DNA from: Lachnospiraceae bacterium XBB1006
Lineage (GTDB): Bacteria; Bacillota; Clostridia; Lachnospirales; Lachnospiraceae
DNA: 24,000 nucleotides
Direction: 5' to 3'
Assembly: GCA_900115795.1 (NCBI GenBank)
Contig: FOXT01000004.1
Span: 319,616 to 343,615 of the forward strand
Shown here: one piece after another, positions 1 through 8,872 of the stretch
Numbering within the stretch: position 1 is the stretch's first letter
How the letters are laid out: each line of letters starts with the position of its first letter
Translations under genes and position numbers: made by a program
The notes under the pieces: model-generated
Told to the model about the DNA's origin: nothing
The model's input: the letters and a program-made list of their open reading frames with translations, nothing else
The model's database searches: none

Positions 1-1154
1 AACGAACATAATGTACTCTTACCCGCTCCGGATGCGCCAACCAGTGCTACATACTCTCCCGGCTGCACCGACAAATTCAAATGATTCAAAACCATTTGTT
101 CATTCTGTTCATAGGCAAACGAAACATCTTCAAAAGAAATCGCTCCTTTCACCGCATCCATAACAACGGCATCTTCCCGGTCCTGAATATCCGGTTCAAT
201 GGCCATAATCTCGCAAAAGCGCTCGTATCCGGAATAACCATTCAAAAAGGTTTCCACAAAATTAATCAACTTTCTTACCGGCTCTGTATACGTAGATATG
301 TAGAGCAAAAAGGTAATCAAATCTTCAATTCTCACCTGACCACCTGTAATAAAGATGGTACCACCCACAACCACCAGAACCTGAATTAACGTAACAAACG
401 CATTCATTCCGGAATTAAATCCTGCCATATAACGATAGCTATCTTTCTTTGCAGACAAAAAACCATCGTTGCCTTCCTTGAACTTCTTCATTTCTTCCGA
501 TTCGTTGGCAAAGGATTTCACAACACGAATACCTGATAGATTATCTTCTATCTGGCTGTTAATTGCAGCAATTTTCACACGATTATTCTTATACGCGCGT
601 TTCATTCGATTCTTAAAAAAATAGGCATACAAAAGCATCACCGGCACCAGTGCAAACGCAATTAGGCACAAGCGTACATTGATATGGAACAGGATGATAA
701 AAGAGCCGATAATCTTAATTACGGAAATCACAATATCTTCCGGTCCATGATGCAATAACTCTGTAATATCAAACAAATCATTGGTGATACGACTCATAAG
801 CTGACCAACCTTCTGATTATCAAAGAAATTAAAAGACAGCTTCTGATAATGTCCAAATATGGCACGCCGCATATCGTACTCTATCTTGGCTCCCATCACG
901 TGTCCGTAATAGGTGATAAAATAATTACAGTAAATCTCAATGCCCACCAACACAATCATAACAGCGCCAAGCTTAAGCACCGTTCCCGTGGCCTGTGTTG
1001 CATCCAGATGGATTACATGGTGGGTGATGTAACGAATAATTAGCGGCAATACAAGTGCAATTCCGGCACCAAGCATCGCAAAAAACATATCCGCAAAAAA
1101 AACACCCTTGTAAGGTTTATAATACCTTGCAAGATTCTTTAAATTCTTCCACAT
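1..1154 (-). CDS. ABC transporter, fused permease/ATPase (type I exporter, MsbA/LmrA-like); C-terminal part cut by window edge
   Basis: Absent from the ORF track because it runs off the left edge. My reverse-strand translation from ATG 1154-1152 (GGAGGG 5 nt upstream) stays open to nt 3. It reads MWKNLKNLARYYKPYKGVFF..., then a hydrophobic ABC-exporter membrane domain, then ...LSVQPGEYVALVGASGAGKSTLCS (Walker A) at the left edge. Confidence 0.85.
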   Translation of the reverse strand, partial: MWKNLKNLARYYKPYKGVFFADMFFAMLGAGIALVLPLIIRYITHHVIHLDATQATGTVLKLGAVMIVLVGIEIYCNYFITYYGHVMGAKIEYDMRRAIFGHYQKLSFNFFDNQKVGQLMSRITNDLFDITELLHHGPEDIVISVIKIIGSFIILFHINVRLCLIAFALVPVMLLYAYFFKNRMKRAYKNNRVKIAAINSQIEDNLSGIRVVKSFANESEEMKKFKEGNDGFLSAKKDSYRYMAGFNSGMNAFVTLIQVLVVVGGTIFITGGQVRIEDLITFLLYISTYTEPVRKLINFVETFLNGYSGYERFCEIMAIEPDIQDREDAVVMDAVKGAISFEDVSFAYEQNEQMVLNHLNLSVQPGEYVALVGASGAGKSTLCS

Positions 1155-1201
1155 CGTTTCCCTCCGCCTTTCTCATTTGTACACCATTCTCTATTATAAC
1201 A

Positions 1202-2095
1202 CTAATCTCTTTCTTTGCAAGCAAACACTTTGCGACAAAGTAATTTTGCGGTGGTAGTATTGGCAAGTCCTCCCTCTGCCGTTTCCTTTAAGGAAACGTC
1301 CATCTTATTTCCAACTTCTGCCATTGCCTCAATTACTTCATCCACAGGAATTGCACTTTTCACCCCACAAAGCACCAATTCTGCCGCCACAATCGCATTG
1401 GCAACACCGGAGGAATTCCGTTTCACACATGGAATTTCCACCAAGCCCGCAACCGGATCGCACACCAATCCCATAATATTCTTAAGCGCAATGGCAACTG
1501 CATGTGCGCATTGCGTTGGTGTTCCACCGGAAAGTTCTACAATCGCTGCCGCTGCCATTGCCGATGCCGCACCACACTCTGCCTGACATCCGCCTTCCGC
1601 TCCGGCAATGCTTGCGTTATTGGCAATTACCATTCCCACTGCAGAAGCTGTCAAAAGTGCACGCACACAATCTTCTTCGCTCACGCCTTTTTCTTCTTCC
1701 ATGGTAATGAGCGCTGCAGGCAAAATTCCACATGAACCTGCCGTAGGCGCCGCAACAATCTTTCCCATGGCTGCATTATATTCAGAAATCGCCGTTGCAC
1801 GCATCAGCGCTCCTGCCAAAAAAGGACCGCTCAATGTACGATTCTCTTCCATCGCCTTTTTGATTTTATAGGCATCTCCACCGGTAAGACCACTGGTGGA
1901 TTTCACATCTTTTTCCTGTCCACGCAATTCTGCATTTTTCATAACTGCATATTGCTCACTCATTCGATCCAAAACATCTTTCTGTGAGCACTCTAGTACA
2001 TTGGCCTGTTCCATCAAAACCAAATCAGAAAGCCGCATGCCGCGATTTTCCGCCATTTCTACGATTTCTTGTAAAGAGTGATACGAAAACTCCAT
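1202..2095 (-). CDS. sdaAA: L-serine dehydratase (iron-sulfur dependent), alpha subunit
   Basis: 297-aa ORF with ...VAAPTAGSCGILPAAL... and a Gly/Ala-rich core typical of SdaAA. Starts 1 nt after the stop of the beta-subunit gene. Confidence 0.9.
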   Translation of the reverse strand: MEFSYHSLQEIVEMAENRGMRLSDLVLMEQANVLECSQKDVLDRMSEQYAVMKNAELRGQEKDVKSTSGLTGGDAYKIKKAMEENRTLSGPFLAGALMRATAISEYNAAMGKIVAAPTAGSCGILPAALITMEEEKGVSEEDCVRALLTASAVGMVIANNASIAGAEGGCQAECGAASAMAAAAIVELSGGTPTQCAHAVAIALKNIMGLVCDPVAGLVEIPCVKRNSSGVANAIVAAELVLCGVKSAIPVDEVIEAMAEVGNKMDVSLKETAEGGLANTTTAKLLCRKVFACKERD

Positions 2096-2096
2096 G

Positions 2097-2762
2097 TTAC
2101 TTTCCTCCTGCTAACAACATAATACAACGATTTACACCAACAAACCGATCGATGTAAGATGTTACATCTAAATCCGTATGTCCATCAATGGCAATACATA
2201 AAATCGCCTGCCCCCCCTTTGTTTCACGGGATAAGGCCATGTTACATACATTAATTCCACAGTTTCCAAGAAACTCTGCCACTTTTCCCACAATTCCCGG
2301 CATATCCTGATGCACCACAATGAGTGTGTCATTCTGTCCATTAATCGATACTTCCATACCGTCAATTTGTGAAATGTAAATATTTCCACCACCAATGGAA
2401 GCCCCCGTCACCGTTACACTGCTCCCCTTCTCGCCTTTCAAGGTAATGGTTGCAGAGTTGGGATGTTTTGCCGGTCTTGAAGATTCGCGGATAAAAATCT
2501 GAACCTCTTGCTCTTTCGCAATTTCCAGACTGTTTCGAATTCGTTCATCATCCGGATTCATTCCCAGAATACCGCCAACCAATGCCTTATCGGTACCATG
2601 ACCTTTGTAGGTTTTCGCAAACGAGCCGAATAGCTCTACATCTGCCTGTACAATTTTCTCTTTCATCAGTAAGCTCGCAATTTTCCCGATTCGCGCTGCT
2701 CCTGCGGTATGAGAACTGGAGGGTCCTATCATCACCGGACCAATCATATCAAAAATATTCAT
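2097..2762 (-). CDS. sdaAB: L-serine dehydratase (iron-sulfur dependent), beta subunit with C-terminal ACT-like domain
   Basis: MNIFDMIGPVMIGPSSSHTAGAARIG... is the conserved SdaAB N-terminus. I prefer ATG 2762 (GAGGGTG 6 nt upstream) over the GTG at 2777 used by the ORF track. Confidence 0.88.
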   Translation of the reverse strand: MNIFDMIGPVMIGPSSSHTAGAARIGKIASLLMKEKIVQADVELFGSFAKTYKGHGTDKALVGGILGMNPDDERIRNSLEIAKEQEVQIFIRESSRPAKHPNSATITLKGEKGSSVTVTGASIGGGNIYISQIDGMEVSINGQNDTLIVVHQDMPGIVGKVAEFLGNCGINVCNMALSRETKGGQAILCIAIDGHTDLDVTSYIDRFVGVNRCIMLLAGGK

Positions 2763-2780
2763 CGCATTCACCCTCACATT

Positions 2781-2807
2781 GCAAAGGTCGGGGCTAATAC
2801 CCCGACC
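2781..2807 (-). terminator. Stem-loop downstream of argS (weak intrinsic terminator or mRNA-stabilising hairpin)
   Basis: GGTCGGGG (2786-2793) / CCCCGACC (2800-2807), perfect 8-bp GC-rich stem with a 6-nt loop. On the minus strand it is followed only by TTTGC, so the U-tract is weak. It lies 19 nt after the argS stop and 24 nt before the sdaAB start. Confidence 0.5.
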
Positions 2808-2825
2808 CCAATTATCTGTTACATT

Positions 2826-4592
2826 CTACATTCTTTCCGGTGCTTCAAATCCAAGCAAATCAATACAAGTTTCCATAACACCCTTTGTTAACTCTAACAG
2901 GCGAATATAACTTCCCTGCACGGCTTCATCTTCTTCACTCATAATCTTTGTTTCATGATAAAAGTGATTGAATTTATTAGCCAATTCATAAATATATGCG
3001 CATACCTTATGTGGTGCATATTCCTCTGCTGCATTTTCAATCATTCCCTGGAAGTTCGCAAGAGCAAGCATTAATTCCTTCTCACTCTTATTCTTTGGTG
3101 GAAGTATTTCATAGCTTGCTGCATTCTTTCCACTCTCTGCATATTTTGCCAAAATAGACTTAATACGCACAATGGAGTAAAGAAGATATGGGCCGGTGTT
3201 TCCTTCGAAAGAAGTGAAACGTTCCATATCAAACACATAGTCTTTGGATGCCTGGTTTGATAAATCTCCGTATTTCAAAGCTGCCAATCCCACAATCTTT
3301 GCCGTCTTCCTTGCTTCTTCCGGATCCACGGTATGATTCTCGGTAATCTTCTTATACATCTCATCTTCAATGTCAGAAATCATATTTTCAAGACGCATAA
3401 CACCACCATCACGTGTCTTAAACGGTTTGCCGTCTTTACCGTTCATCGTACCAAAACCGATATGTGTCAGTTCCACATCATCTCTTACAAGGCCGGCTCT
3501 TCTGGTTGTTCTGAATACCTGTACAAAATGAAGTTCCTGACGTTTGTCTACCACATAAATGATTGCATCCGGATTCTGTTCTTCCCGACGCATAATAATC
3601 GTTCCAAGGTCTGTGGTGGCGTACAACGCTGCTCCATCGGATTTCTGAATGATACATGGCGGAATGTCACGTTTGTCATCCTCTTTTGCCACTTTTACAA
3701 TCAATGCTCCATCACTTTCTTCCGCAATGCCACGCTTCTTCATATCTTCAATCATGGCCGGAATGTATGGTTGCGCGTCCGATTCACCCTTCCACAAATC
3801 AAAGATAACATTCAAGTTAGCATAATTCTTCTTTAAATCCGCATGGGACAACGTCAAAATGTGTTTCAGAATTGCGGTGTATGCAGGATGACCATTCTGA
3901 AGTTCGTTAGTAATCTCAAGTGCTTCTTTCTTATATTCCGCATTCTTCTTACTTTCTGCGCTGGCAGCCGGATAAATTTCTTCCAGATCCGACAATGTAA
4001 ATGGTGGCTCTGTTGGATATTCTCCGGTAAAGTCCTTATCAAAGTATGGAAGCTCCGGTTGACGACGTTTTAATTCCGTAATAATCAAACCAATCTGAAG
4101 TCCCCAGTCTCCCAAATGTACATCACCGTAAACAGTGTTTCCGGTATAACGCAAAATACGTTTAATACTCTCTCCAATGATGGCCGGACGTAAATGTCCA
4201 ACGTGAAGTGGCTTTGCAACATTGGCTCCACCGTAATCGATAACGATGGTTCTTGGATTCTTTGCCTCTTCCACGCCAAAGCGTTCTTCTGACAACATCG
4301 TTTTCATATAATTTGCCATATAATCCGGCGACATTTTCAAGTTTAAAAATCCTGGTTTTACAGAATCCACTGTTTCAAACATTGTTTCTTTATCGAGTAC
4401 CGCTTTGATTTCATCCGCAATCATAAACGGTGCCTTATGTGCCTGCTTTGCACAAGCCATTGCACCATTGCACTGGAATTCGCAAAGGTCCGGTCGATTA
4501 CTTACTGTCACCTTACCATATTTCTCATCGTATCCACATGCTTGAAACGCATTGGAAACTACTTCGCTAATATCATCTAGTATCTTTTTCAT
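2826..4592 (-). CDS. argS: Arginine--tRNA ligase
   Basis: 588-aa ORF. Has the N-terminal ArgRS additional domain, the class-I HIGH signature (AKPLHVGHLRPAIIG), a DALR-type anticodon-binding C-terminal region, and ends ...GFEAPERM, typical of ArgRS. Confidence 0.95.
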   Translation of the reverse strand: MKKILDDISEVVSNAFQACGYDEKYGKVTVSNRPDLCEFQCNGAMACAKQAHKAPFMIADEIKAVLDKETMFETVDSVKPGFLNLKMSPDYMANYMKTMLSEERFGVEEAKNPRTIVIDYGGANVAKPLHVGHLRPAIIGESIKRILRYTGNTVYGDVHLGDWGLQIGLIITELKRRQPELPYFDKDFTGEYPTEPPFTLSDLEEIYPAASAESKKNAEYKKEALEITNELQNGHPAYTAILKHILTLSHADLKKNYANLNVIFDLWKGESDAQPYIPAMIEDMKKRGIAEESDGALIVKVAKEDDKRDIPPCIIQKSDGAALYATTDLGTIIMRREEQNPDAIIYVVDKRQELHFVQVFRTTRRAGLVRDDVELTHIGFGTMNGKDGKPFKTRDGGVMRLENMISDIEDEMYKKITENHTVDPEEARKTAKIVGLAALKYGDLSNQASKDYVFDMERFTSFEGNTGPYLLYSIVRIKSILAKYAESGKNAASYEILPPKNKSEKELMLALANFQGMIENAAEEYAPHKVCAYIYELANKFNHFYHETKIMSEEDEAVQGSYIRLLELTKGVMETCIDLLGFEAPERM

Positions 4593-4624
4593 GATTCTAT
4601 CTTTCCTTCCTTACTCTATTCTCA

Positions 4625-5470
4625 CTATGCAAAAAACGCGTCACTTAGCATCATCATCCCCACGCTGTCGACGCTTCCTGTCATAATAATCTCATCTTGA
4701 TCATTCAGCTCTACGGTTAAAACTCCTCCCGGCTGACTCACCTCAACTTTGCGTTTTGTAAGTCCAAGCCGCACCGTCACTGCTGCTGCTGCACATGCAC
4801 TGGTTCCGGATGCTAACGTATAGCCGGCACCACGCTCATATACTTCAATCTCTACATGTTCTTCATCAATCACGTGAAGCAGCATAAAATTCATACGGTT
4901 TGGAAAATACTCGGAGCTTTCTACAATTGGACCTAATTCCATAACCCGCTTATAATTAACTTCCCGTGAAAGCAACGCACAATGCGGGTTACCCACGCTT
5001 AAACAAGTCACCTCATAAGGCTTACCCCCAAAGTACATAGCCTCATTAATCACTTCGCGTTCCTCACCAATGACCGGTATTGCTGATGCATGAAAATCAG
5101 CCTTTCCAATTCGGGCACGCACAAGTGTTGCATCCTCATTCAGGAATTCCACTTCTGCTTTACCACTTGCCGTGTAAAAAATCACACGTTCTTCCTTTGC
5201 ATAACCTTCATCTTTTAAATATTTGGCAAAAATACGAATGCCGGTACCGGTATTTGTTGCTTCACTTGCATCCGGGTTAAAACATCGGACATGGATCTTC
5301 CCATCTTTTTCAATTGGTCCGTACAAAATACCATCTGCACCAATGCCAAAATTTCGCTTACATAATTTGCGAATGTGGCCTTCTTGCAGCTCTACATCAT
5401 TCTTGTTCGGATCAATTACCAGATAGTCGTTCCCAAGCCCATGATACTTCTTAATCATAAATGAACCCAA
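4625..5470 (-). CDS. dapF: Diaminopimelate epimerase family protein, atypical (both catalytic Cys positions substituted)
   Basis: DapF hallmarks are present: HGLGNDY, FNPD.SE, SVGNPHC, YERGAGYT...ACAAA. The Cys73-equivalent reads NTGTG (Thr, codon 5249-5251) and the Cys217-equivalent reads LASGTS (Ser, codon 4808-4810). The start is either TTG 5470 (AGGAGG 10 nt upstream) or ATG 5458. Confidence 0.8.
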   Translation of the reverse strand: MGSFMIKKYHGLGNDYLVIDPNKNDVELQEGHIRKLCKRNFGIGADGILYGPIEKDGKIHVRCFNPDASEATNTGTGIRIFAKYLKDEGYAKEERVIFYTASGKAEVEFLNEDATLVRARIGKADFHASAIPVIGEEREVINEAMYFGGKPYEVTCLSVGNPHCALLSREVNYKRVMELGPIVESSEYFPNRMNFMLLHVIDEEHVEIEVYERGAGYTLASGTSACAAAAVTVRLGLTKRKVEVSQPGGVLTVELNDQDEIIMTGSVDSVGMMMLSDAFFA

Positions 5471-5517
5471 TTGTCTAGTTCCTCCTGCTTGTTCACTCCA
5501 ATTTTTACAGAATCGCG

Positions 5518-5937
5518 CTAGTCTACCTGATTCTGACTGATTAGAGCAGCTAGGCTATCCGCCTTCTCTCCTAATATATTCGCAGCCAGATCCTTTGTTT
5601 CCTCCGAAACGTTACCTTTTCCATAAGCACCGGAATACGAACCCGTGGTTGCATTGTAATCGCTATCGTTCACTTCTTGTTCCTGTGAAAGCTTCGCAAT
5701 CCATTCTGCTTCCTTCGCCTTCTCATCCGCCTCTGCCTCTCTTTGTAATCGTTCGAAGATTTCGTTAGCCTGTGCCAACGCTTCCGCGTCTTCCCCGCTT
5801 TCAGTGGCCGATTGTTCTTCGTCCTCCTGTGGCGTAGGCATATAACGAACGCGACTGCGCTTCACGATGGCGTGCTTTAATTCGTCGTTGAAATTGCGGA
5901 CATCAATTTTATCCGTGATTGGTGCTCTTAATTTCAA
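5518..5937 (-). CDS. Hypothetical acidic, low-complexity protein (139 aa)
   Basis: ORF with a TTG start preceded by GGGGGTG at 6-nt spacing, lying just downstream of a near-consensus sigma-A promoter. The central region is Glu/Ala/Asp-rich. I recognise no family. Confidence 0.55.
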   Translation of the reverse strand: MKLRAPITDKIDVRNFNDELKHAIVKRSRVRYMPTPQEDEEQSATESGEDAEALAQANEIFERLQREAEADEKAKEAEWIAKLSQEQEVNDSDYNATTGSYSGAYGKGNVSEETKDLAANILGEKADSLAALISQNQVD

Positions 5938-6025
5938 TTCCTACACCCCCTAACCGTATGTATTCCTCTTTTTCAATTCCTACATACACACAAAACGGCA
6001 GTTTGATGATTCTGATATAGTGTTA

Positions 6026-6054
6026 ATTATACTTGTAGAACGAAAAAAAGTCAA
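6026..6054 (-). promoter_or_regulatory. Sigma-A type promoter for the hypothetical-dapF-like-argS transcription unit
   Basis: On the minus strand: TTGACT (6054-6049), 17-nt spacer, TATAAT (6031-6026). It sits about 90 nt upstream of the TTG start at 5937. Confidence 0.65.
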
Positions 6055-6134
6055 ACTGACAAGCGTGTTTTAACTGTTTTTTCAATCTTCTTTTTTCTCT
6101 TCCGGCTTCTCCATGAATAAGAAAAGAAAGCAGA

Positions 6135-6169
6135 GGCTTGCGAAGATCCTTCCATCCTCTTCGCAAGCC
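6135..6169 (-). terminator. Intrinsic terminator after hydF (hairpin has T-runs on both sides, potentially bidirectional)
   Basis: GGCTTGCGAAGA (6135-6146) / TCTTCGCAAGCC (6158-6169), perfect 12-bp stem with an 11-nt loop. The minus strand continues TCTGCTTTCTTTTCTT and the plus strand continues CCCCTTTTTC. It is 37 nt downstream of the hydF stop. Confidence 0.75.
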
Positions 6170-6205
6170 CCCTTTTTCATGACTTGATACTGCGTGTATC
6201 ATTCT

Positions 6206-7432
6206 TTAAAATAAATATTTCTTTTCCTCAAAAAGTGCTAAGCTTCGCTCTAATATGCCGTTCATATAGGCAATGGCTACCCCGTAATTGGTCATTGGCA
6301 CACCTTGCTGCTGTGCCTGTGCCAGACGATATTTCATCTCTTTTTCATTGAGCATGCATCCACCGCAATGAATAATCAAGTCATAGGTTGACAAGTCTTT
6401 TTCAAAGCCGGTGCCGCTGGTAAAGGCCAACTGCAATTGTTTTCCTGTATACTTCTTAAGAAGTTTTGGCAACTTCTCTGTCCCAATGTCGCCGCACTGT
6501 CGATGGTGGGTGCAGCCTTCCGAAATCAATACCTTTGCCCCATCCTGCAACCTTCCAATAGCGGCTGCTCCCTGAATCTGTTGTTTGAGATTTCCTTTTA
6601 ATCTTGCAAACAGAATAGAAAACGAAGTAAGTGGCACCTCCGCCGGAGTCAGTTTGTCCACAGTCTTAAATGCCTGGCTATCCGTTACTACCATTTTCGG
6701 CGGATTTTTCAGGCTTGCCAAGGTCTGTGGCAACGTCGTTTCCTTCGTAACCATACAGATTGCATTCCCATCTAAAATATCCCGTATGGTCTGTTGCTGT
6801 GGCAAAATCATACGTCCCTTCGGTGCCGCAGCATCAATTGGTGTTACCAATACCACCACATCCTCCGGAGCTAACAAATCCTTAATCAGATCACGTTCTG
6901 CCGTTTCCTTCATGCCTTTGGCTATGAAACTGCGTAATTCGTCTACGCCCTCTTTGGTTATAGCGCTCACAAATCGATAGGGATATTCGTTTGCCCACGA
7001 AGATTGTACAATCATTTTCTTCTGTGCTTCTACCATGGTATCCATCTTATTGATTACAATCACAAACGGCAATTTCTTATCCGTTAATTCTTGCAAAAGA
7101 CGCTTTTCCGCCGCAGATAGCCGGGCATCCTGACCATCTAATACCACAATGGCATAATCAATTCTACGCAGCACTTCAAAGCTTTTCTCAATTCGCTTCT
7201 GCCCCAATTCTCCTTCATCATCCAGTCCCGGAGTATCAATAAATACTACCGGGCCAAGTGGCAAAAGCTCCATCGCCTTCGTTACCGGATCGGTAGTGGT
7301 TCCCTTCACATCAGAAACCACCGCTAATTCCTGCCCGGTTATGGCATTTAATAAACTCGATTTTCCCGCATTCCGATTGCCAAAAATTCCGATGTGCAAC
7401 CGATTTGCGCTTGGTGTTTCGTTTAAACCCAT
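6206..7432 (-). CDS. hydF: [FeFe] hydrogenase H-cluster maturation GTPase HydF
   Basis: GIFGNRNAGKSSLLNA (G1), DTPGLDD (G3), NKMD (G4), and the C-terminal cluster-binding pattern EGCTHH...HCGGCMLN. AGGAGG overlaps the hydG stop. Confidence 0.93.
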   Translation of the reverse strand: MGLNETPSANRLHIGIFGNRNAGKSSLLNAITGQELAVVSDVKGTTTDPVTKAMELLPLGPVVFIDTPGLDDEGELGQKRIEKSFEVLRRIDYAIVVLDGQDARLSAAEKRLLQELTDKKLPFVIVINKMDTMVEAQKKMIVQSSWANEYPYRFVSAITKEGVDELRSFIAKGMKETAERDLIKDLLAPEDVVVLVTPIDAAAPKGRMILPQQQTIRDILDGNAICMVTKETTLPQTLASLKNPPKMVVTDSQAFKTVDKLTPAEVPLTSFSILFARLKGNLKQQIQGAAAIGRLQDGAKVLISEGCTHHRQCGDIGTEKLPKLLKKYTGKQLQLAFTSGTGFEKDLSTYDLIIHCGGCMLNEKEMKYRLAQAQQQGVPMTNYGVAIAYMNGILERSLALFEEKKYLF

Positions 7433-7441
7433 TTTTTCCTC

Positions 7442-8860
7442 CTAGAAACGGAAATCACGCTCACCGGCATCGATGCTGTGAATGTATTTCTTTGCCGTTT
7501 CTTTTACTTTTGGATTTGGAATTTTCTCAAGTTCTGCTTCAATCATCTTCTTACCTGCTGCTTTTACCTCATCCGAAGCATAGTCATCCAGATACTCATT
7601 TAATGTCATAAGCGCATTTGGATGGCAGCAGTTCTGAATCTGGCCGGATTTCAATAACGACATAAAGCGATCGCCGGTTCTTCCTTCACGATAGCATGCG
7701 GTACAGAACGACGGCACATAGCCCATGTCAATCAGCCAGCCTACCACTTCATCAAGGCTACGATTGTCGGATACATCAAACTGGGCAGAGTTGTCATCTT
7801 CCGCTTCTTCCTCAACATAGCCACCTACACTGGTTCTTGATCCTCCGGAAATCTGGGATACACCCAGTTCTAATACCCGTTCTCTTGTTTCTTTGGTCTC
7901 TCTCGTGGAGATAATCATTCCGGTGTACGGAACGGCTACACGGATACAAGCAACAATTTTTGCAAATATGTCATCACTAATTCCATTATCAAACGCATCC
8001 GGATCGATATCATCTGCCCGGCGTACACGTGGTACGGAAATGGTATGTGGTCCACATCCTTTATACTGTTCCAAATGCTCGGCATGCATCAATAAACCAA
8101 CAAAATCATAACGGTATAAATTCAGTCCGAATAATACACCGATTCCAACATCGTCAATGCCTCCATCCATGGCTCTGTCCATGGCTTCCGTATGATATAC
8201 GTAATTGGACTTTGGTCCTGTTGGATGCAACTTTTCATACTGTTCTTTGTTATAGGTTTCCTGGAAGAGAATATAGGTTCCAATTCCTGCTTCCTTTAAC
8301 TTACGATAGTTTTCTACTGTTGTTGCTGCAATGTTGACATTTACACGACGGATTGCGCCGTTTTTATGCTTAATGCTATAAATGGTCTTAATGCTCTCCA
8401 AAATGTACTCTAACGGATTATTTACCGGGTCTTCTCCTGCTTCTAATGCTAATCGTTTGTGTCCCATATCCTGAAGTGCAATCACTTCCTGACGAATTTC
8501 TTCCTGCGTCAGTTTTTTTCTTGCAATGTGTTTGTTTTTTAAGTGGTATGGACAATACTCACATCCATTTACACAATAGTTTGACAAATACAGTGGTGCA
8601 AACATAACGATACGATTTCCATAAAAATCTAGCTTAATCTGTTTTGCCAATGCATAAATTTCCTGGTTTTTTTCCTCGATATCGCAATCAAGAAGCACTA
8701 GCGCTTCTCTATGAGTAAGTCCCTTTCTTAATTTTGCTTTTTCAATGATTTCACTAATTAACTTCTCATTGTGCTTATTTTCTTCGGCATACTTTAGTGT
8801 TTCAAGAATTTCTTCATGATTGATGAATTCCTCTGCGTTTGGTGACATTACATTGTACAT
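7442..8860 (-). CDS. hydG: [FeFe] hydrogenase H-cluster radical SAM maturase HydG
   Basis: 472 aa. Radical-SAM CVNGCEYCPY motif and a C-terminal auxiliary-cluster region (SFCTACYREGRTGDRFM...CHPNALMTL), typical of HydG (ThiH-like). Confidence 0.93.
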   Translation of the reverse strand: MYNVMSPNAEEFINHEEILETLKYAEENKHNEKLISEIIEKAKLRKGLTHREALVLLDCDIEEKNQEIYALAKQIKLDFYGNRIVMFAPLYLSNYCVNGCEYCPYHLKNKHIARKKLTQEEIRQEVIALQDMGHKRLALEAGEDPVNNPLEYILESIKTIYSIKHKNGAIRRVNVNIAATTVENYRKLKEAGIGTYILFQETYNKEQYEKLHPTGPKSNYVYHTEAMDRAMDGGIDDVGIGVLFGLNLYRYDFVGLLMHAEHLEQYKGCGPHTISVPRVRRADDIDPDAFDNGISDDIFAKIVACIRVAVPYTGMIISTRETKETRERVLELGVSQISGGSRTSVGGYVEEEAEDDNSAQFDVSDNRSLDEVVGWLIDMGYVPSFCTACYREGRTGDRFMSLLKSGQIQNCCHPNALMTLNEYLDDYASDEVKAAGKKMIEAELEKIPNPKVKETAKKYIHSIDAGERDFRF

Positions 8861-8872
8861 AGTTCTTTCTCC

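Noticed and set aside
4593-4624. Possible T-box leader upstream of argS
   Set aside because: Only 32 nt separate the dapF-like stop from the argS start, which is far too short for a T-box. argS appears to be co-transcribed from the promoter at 6026-6054.
6055-6134. Pyrimidine-rich/purine-rich stretch (CTTCTTTTTTCTCTTCC ... AAGAAAAGAAAG) between the hydF terminator and the sigma-A promoter, considered as a small RNA or extra hairpin
   Set aside because: The complementarity is imperfect and AT-rich. It lies in the terminator flank, with no independent promoter/terminator pair defining an sRNA.
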